From IMG/VR virus record IMGVR_UViG_3300042868_005676, positions 3,201-67,200 of that record: a stretch of DNA of 64,000 bases. One strand, 5' to 3'. Every line of letters begins with the position of its first letter. Position 1 is the first letter of the stretch. The notes under the pieces are model-generated. The model saw only the letters and a list, made by a program, of their open reading frames with translations. It was not told the DNA's origin and ran no database searches. Origin of the DNA: a virus. Position numbers and translations under genes: made by a program. Below, one piece after another: positions 60,242 to 64,000 of this stretch.

Positions 60242-60369
60242 TAGTATTCTTTTAACATTTGTGCGCCAGTCTCTAATAATAAATTAAAGCCAGTCTCTAA
60301 CTGAATAGGAAAATCGAAGAATATTCTTCTAATCCTTCTGCGAGATATTGGTAATCCAAAACCAATCAT
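60241..60369 (-). CDS. 42-aa putative fibre adaptor peptide
   Basis: Manual translation MIGFGLPISRRRIRRIFFDFPIQLETGFNLLLETGAQMLKEY; TAATG coupling on both sides. Confidence 0.5.
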   Translation of the reverse strand: MIGFGLPISRRRIRRIFFDFPIQLETGFNLLLETGAQMLKEY

Positions 60370-60653
60370 TATGGATAATAAGCAATTATGCTACCAGAGT
60401 TTAATCTAATCGAAGTGAAGTATTTTTCCTTCGCAGAACTAATTAACATTCCTTGTCTAATTGTTAATCCACTGAGACCCATTGTACTAGTAATGTCAAC
60501 TCCTTTATCATCAATGATTTCTGCAACTTCACAATCAGCATTTACAACAAATGCTTGGAATGCTCCAGTTACAGCGATTGTACCAGCGATTGCTCTGCAA
60601 CCTGTTAGTCCACCTTGAAAGTCTATTGACCTAGATTCAATTATGTCTGCCAT
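60369..60653 (-). CDS. Small structural protein
   Basis: FTSIRLNSGSIIAY C-terminus; promoter 4 nt upstream. Confidence 0.5.
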   Translation of the reverse strand: MADIIESRSIDFQGGLTGCRAIAGTIAVTGAFQAFVVNADCEVAEIIDDKGVDITSTMGLSGLTIRQGMLISSAKEKYFTSIRLNSGSIIAYYP

Positions 60654-60677
60654 AATACAAATATAACGAAAAAAATG

Positions 60678-60824
60678 TTATTTTCCTTGACCTCTATATA
60701 GCTTCTTATAATTCTTACTAGACTTTGATTTGCTAGTCTTAGTTTTAGCACTTACACCAGGTCTTTTTATTGTGGGTTTTGGTTTCCACCTAACCGCTTC
60801 CTTAGTTGCTTTTGCTTTTGCCAT
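60678..60824 (-). CDS. 48-aa basic protein
   Basis: Manual translation MAKAKATKEAVRWKPKPTIKRPGVSAKTKTSKSKSSKNYKKLYRGQGK. Confidence 0.6.
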   Translation of the reverse strand: MAKAKATKEAVRWKPKPTIKRPGVSAKTKTSKSKSSKNYKKLYRGQGK

Positions 60825-60990
60825 TTTTCATCATTCTGTAGAATGTAATAAGCGACACGACTATAGCGAGCATAAAAGAAATGAATTGAACAAGAGGCAA
60901 TAGTTCTGAGGCCCATCCTACAATTGTAAAAATCCAAGCACTTACCGTACCCTCAACCTCATTAGGCATTTTAATGAATAAGTTTTTCAT
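60802..60990 (-). CDS. Small membrane protein (holin-like)
   Basis: Two hydrophobic segments and a basic C-terminus. Confidence 0.45.
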   Translation of the reverse strand: MKNLFIKMPNEVEGTVSAWIFTIVGWASELLPLVQFISFMLAIVVSLITFYRMMKNGKSKSN

Positions 60991-61187
60991 TAATTACCGT
61001 ACATAAAAGGTTTTTTCTTAGCGGCAGACTTAGAAGTTGTCTTCTTCGCTCCCATCTTTTCCTTTTTTTCTACTTTCTTACTTTCTGCTTTTTCGTGTTT
61101 CATCTTAGCAGCCTTAGAAGCATATTTCTCTTTTCCTCCGTACTCAGATATCATCTTTTTTGAAGTCTTACTGGTTGATTTTTTCAT
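60990..61187 (-). CDS. Lys-rich small protein
   Basis: EYGGKEKYASKAAKMKHEKAE. Confidence 0.55.
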   Translation of the reverse strand: MKKSTSKTSKKMISEYGGKEKYASKAAKMKHEKAESKKVEKKEKMGAKKTTSKSAAKKKPFMYGN

Positions 61188-61200
61188 ATATTTTTGTAGA

Positions 61201-61512
61201 TTAACTTCCTTTTTTCCATTTTTTGCTTGGAGAAGCAGTCTTACTAGGACTCCATTTTACTTTATTAGCCCAGAATGCAGCAGACATTTTTCCTTTTGAA
61301 ATATTCTTAGCGTGGCGAGATTTAAATGCCTCACGTTGTCCAACAGTCTGATTGGTTTTAACACTCTGCTGTCCAAATCTAATTGTCTTAATTTTGCTAC
61401 CTTCTTTAACCACCACAATATGACTCTTGGTTGGATGACCGGGAGTTTTCTTGGGCTTATTAAAACCACTAACTCCAGCCCTTGCTAGTCTACTATCCTT
61501 CTTGCTCGCCAT
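61201..61512 (-). CDS. Basic conserved phage protein
   Basis: FNKPKKTPGHPTKSH...IRFGQ...FKSRH...SAAFWANKVKW. Confidence 0.6.
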   Translation of the reverse strand: MASKKDSRLARAGVSGFNKPKKTPGHPTKSHIVVVKEGSKIKTIRFGQQSVKTNQTVGQREAFKSRHAKNISKGKMSAAFWANKVKWSPSKTASPSKKWKKGS

Positions 61513-61741
61513 CTTTCTTAGAATTGATGTGCTTATCTATAGAGCCAATTGCTAAAGCAGCAGCTGCGAATAATAACAATCCTTCAAATACCCATCTGTG
61601 AACAGGCAATTCTCTTTGCATTAATCCGCTAACGATATCTGCAAGAGTAATTAACCCAATAAGAGCAAACGCAATAAAACCAATAAACGCTTTTTCGTTT
61701 AAATTGTTGTTATCGCTTATTAGTTCTCTAAAGAATTTCAT
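61493..61741 (-). CDS. Holin-like two-TM protein
   Basis: Two TM helices, adjacent to the endolysin. Confidence 0.55.
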   Translation of the reverse strand: MKFFRELISDNNNLNEKAFIGFIAFALIGLITLADIVSGLMQRELPVHRWVFEGLLLFAAAALAIGSIDKHINSKKDGEQEG

Positions 61742-61766
61742 ATAACAAATATAAGTATTTTTATAC

Positions 61767-62360
61767 TTATATCAAAATGAAGTCAATCACTTCACCGTTC
61801 TTGAAATACTTAACTACGTTAAACCAATACTTGTCTGGAACCACTTGACAACCAGCAGACCACCTATCGACAAATGATCCAAGTCCCGCCCTGTGTAAAT
61901 TAATTCCGAATAGACCTTCTGTTACGATATTCTTATCGATAACGTCATCTTTGTTTCCGTCTCTGTAAATCTTGATTGATTTAGTTTGTTGAAAATAAGG
62001 AGCACCTAACCATAAAGATTTCCAATTTGAGTTTGTATGGAATGTGTGAGACCCAACCACTTTTTGACGGCAAGCAATCGCAGTTCCTGTAATTCCTGCA
62101 TAGGTAATTGGATTCTTGACGTAGTGAGAACCTGCTGTTGTTGAACAAGGGAATACAGATGTTACTCTTCCTCCTACGAACAAAACTCCAAAATCATCAT
62201 AGGTATTTGTTAACCTTTCGTCACATCTTACCCATACAATTCCTTTTTGTGGTTTTTCTGGTAGATATTTCTCTAACGCAGCAATGGTCATTGGGCCAAC
62301 AACACCGTCTGGTTCTAGTTTGGCCCCTAACACGTTTAGGTAGATTTGTACTTGTTTCAT
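61767..62360 (-). CDS. Endolysin: PG-binding domain plus L,D-transpeptidase-like His/Cys domain
   Basis: DGVVGPMT PG-binding motif; GINLHRAG...WSAGCQV; ATG at 62360. Confidence 0.7.
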   Translation of the reverse strand: MKQVQIYLNVLGAKLEPDGVVGPMTIAALEKYLPEKPQKGIVWVRCDERLTNTYDDFGVLFVGGRVTSVFPCSTTAGSHYVKNPITYAGITGTAIACRQKVVGSHTFHTNSNWKSLWLGAPYFQQTKSIKIYRDGNKDDVIDKNIVTEGLFGINLHRAGLGSFVDRWSAGCQVVPDKYWFNVVKYFKNGEVIDFILI

Positions 62361-62436
62361 TATTAACAAAGATAACATTTTAAAACAAAAAACGCAAACC
62401 ATTGTAGATTTGCGTTTTCCTTAAATATTATTTGAT

Positions 62437-62700
62437 TTATTTAATCTCGGCTAAGATTTGAGCCTTACTTAAGATTGTTAATTGCTCTGAGTCTTTAATA
62501 AAGTTTCTCAAAGTTTCTGAATCGCTAGGATCTAGTTCTACTTCTTCTCCAGCGTAGAACTTTGTGCTCCAATGCCAGAACTTAGCAGCATCGCCTTTGT
62601 TTGCACTAGCTAATGTACTAGCTACTAATTTACCCATGTGGGAGTTTTCGATCTCTTGTCCGTCTAAACCTACAAGATTTTTGTTTAATTGTATTTTCAT
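62437..62700 (-). CDS. Hypothetical (fibre-associated) protein
   Basis: ORF downstream of the fibre gene. Confidence 0.45.
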   Translation of the reverse strand: MKIQLNKNLVGLDGQEIENSHMGKLVASTLASANKGDAAKFWHWSTKFYAGEEVELDPSDSETLRNFIKDSEQLTILSKAQILAEIK

Positions 62701-62966
62701 ATTTTAGTAAATCCTAATTCGTTTAATGCCCATTCGTAGCAGTAGTCATCATCTGAGGCCCATTGACTATAGGTCTCTTGATTCATGGTCAAGTTACCAT
62801 CAAGAATACACACTGCTGGAACTGATTGTTCCTCTACAATGTCTTCTGTGAATAACTGCCAATAAAAGCTAACGCTTGTTGGGTTCATTGGGAAGTTTAA
62901 AGCTAATAAATTAAAGTAAATTCCCGTTCCTTTGGTTGGAACTATTTCTGGTTGAATCTTGATCAT
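62697..62966 (-). CDS. Tail-fibre chaperone-like protein
   Basis: GNLTM...Y..W..DDDY...W....LG. Confidence 0.45.
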   Translation of the reverse strand: MIKIQPEIVPTKGTGIYFNLLALNFPMNPTSVSFYWQLFTEDIVEEQSVPAVCILDGNLTMNQETYSQWASDDDYCYEWALNELGFTKI

Positions 62967-62984
62967 GTTACAAAGATAATAAAA

Positions 62985-64000
62985 TTATGCAATATTTGTT
63001 ATAAGACCATTGGTGATTGTTATATTTGAGGTACCTGGTGGATTTGTTGGAATGTTTAAGGTTCCTGAGTACCCCTGTAGGGTATTTGTAAACAAAGCAC
63101 CATCTGCACGAATAGCAAATTTATCTGTATTTCCTGAGTTTCTAAATCTAGAGATATAAGTAGTGGAATCCGATGTTCTTCCCAATACACCAAACTCTGT
63201 ATCTGAGTTAGGTGGAGTGTTTGTGGTTACTCCAAAGTTAACGAAGATACCTTGGTTGCGCCCGCCCCCGTCTGTATCCATTAGAATAGGCTTATATGAT
63301 CCGGCACCTGCACCATAGTTATAACCAGAAAACTGAGTATAAGATGTGTTTGAGTAGTTAAAGATAAATCCTGAGTTTGATCCACCACCTTGACCACATC
63401 CAAAGAAAGCATATTGGTTATCTCTGAAGTCCATAATAGAAGCTCCTGCTCCGTTCTGTACCTCGAATACTTTTGTAGCAGTTAAACTAGTTGTTCCCTT
63501 TATAAATACATTACCGCTTACCTGTAGTCTTTGTCCTGCGTCTGTGGTTGTTCCTATTGCAAGGTTACCATTGCTAAAAAGTCGCATTCTTTCGTTAGTT
63601 GGTTCGGTAGCAGCATTTCCGATTACACTGCCTGCGTAAAATCTTATTGCTGAGGTAGATGCCATTTGAAGAGCATTAGTAGATACCGTTTCAATACCAA
63701 ACGCAGCTTGTAAACTTCCGCCTCCATCATACATCCCCAAGATAGAACATTGACCACCAGCTCCCGATTGTACATTTATTCTTCGAGGCGTGTTTGTTGT
63801 AAATATGGATAAGTTTCCTGCTGAAATTGACGTATTCCCACTTACCCTTGCAGTCCCATTAACATCTAGTTTGAATCCTGCGTCTGTGGTTGTATTAATT
63901 AATACGTTACCTGTAGTTACTGCTACCCTCATACCTTCAGCATATGTTCCGTACGATACAGCATATCCTAAGATTGTAGTATTTCCTTTTAAGGTTACTG
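62985..64000 (-). CDS. Tail fibre, C-terminal part (starts beyond window)
   Basis: GNVLINTTTDAGFKLDVNG and ERMRLFSNGNLAIGTT fibre repeats. Confidence 0.75.
   Translation of the reverse strand, partial: VTLKGNTTILGYAVSYGTYAEGMRVAVTTGNVLINTTTDAGFKLDVNGTARVSGNTSISAGNLSIFTTNTPRRINVQSGAGGQCSILGMYDGGGSLQAAFGIETVSTNALQMASTSAIRFYAGSVIGNAATEPTNERMRLFSNGNLAIGTTTDAGQRLQVSGNVFIKGTTSLTATKVFEVQNGAGASIMDFRDNQYAFFGCGQGGGSNSGFIFNYSNTSYTQFSGYNYGAGAGSYKPILMDTDGGGRNQGIFVNFGVTTNTPPNSDTEFGVLGRTSDSTTYISRFRNSGNTDKFAIRADGALFTNTLQGYSGTLNIPTNPPGTSNITITNGLITNIA

Noticed and set aside
449-62762. CTGAGACC copies as BsaI (GGTCTC) cloning scars or adaptor contamination
   Set aside because: The sixth position varies (A/G/T/C), the sites sit inside intact ORFs in all frames, and flanks are not constant.
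449-62762. The repeated word as a CRISPR repeat or phage promoter
   Set aside because: It is only 8-10 bp, irregularly spaced by kilobases, mostly intragenic and in both orientations; no repeat-spacer array was seen in the window.
57561-63932. Diversity-generating retroelement acting on the fibres
   Set aside because: No reverse transcriptase and no TR/VR pair differing only at adenines was seen; the similarity is ordinary paralogy.
1-64000. Stop-codon reassignment as in some crAss-like phages
   Set aside because: Long genes (PolB, TerL, portal, the 3276-aa protein) are intact in the standard code, and no suppressor tRNA is evident.

Overview
This window is most of an AT-rich (roughly 33% GC by eye) tailed phage genome with a crAss-like/Bacteroidota-podophage layout. 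The minus strand from 1 to 30 kb carries virion genes: tail fibres, three ejection/cargo proteins including a 3276-aa polyvalent protein, tail/ring proteins, major capsid and portal. The plus strand from 31 to 49 kb carries SSB, a YqaJ exonuclease, three C5 methyltransferases, many small early genes, a serine recombinase, primase-helicase and PolB. The minus strand from 49 to 64 kb carries terminase, class II RNR, lysis genes and fibres. TAnnTTTG promoters point to a Bacteroidota host. The strongest unexplained signal is an asymmetric DNA word, CTGAGNCC(S)A / T(S)GGNCTCAG, which I counted about 45 times by hand across the window, in all three reading frames. Other notable features are a tiled array of different short palindromes interrupted by a GIY-YIG::HipB-like HTH gene, a C5 methyltransferase split over two nested reading frames, several promoter-driven structured non-coding RNAs (one tRNA-like), and near-leaderless late promoters. 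All protein calls come from motif recognition only; no database was searched.
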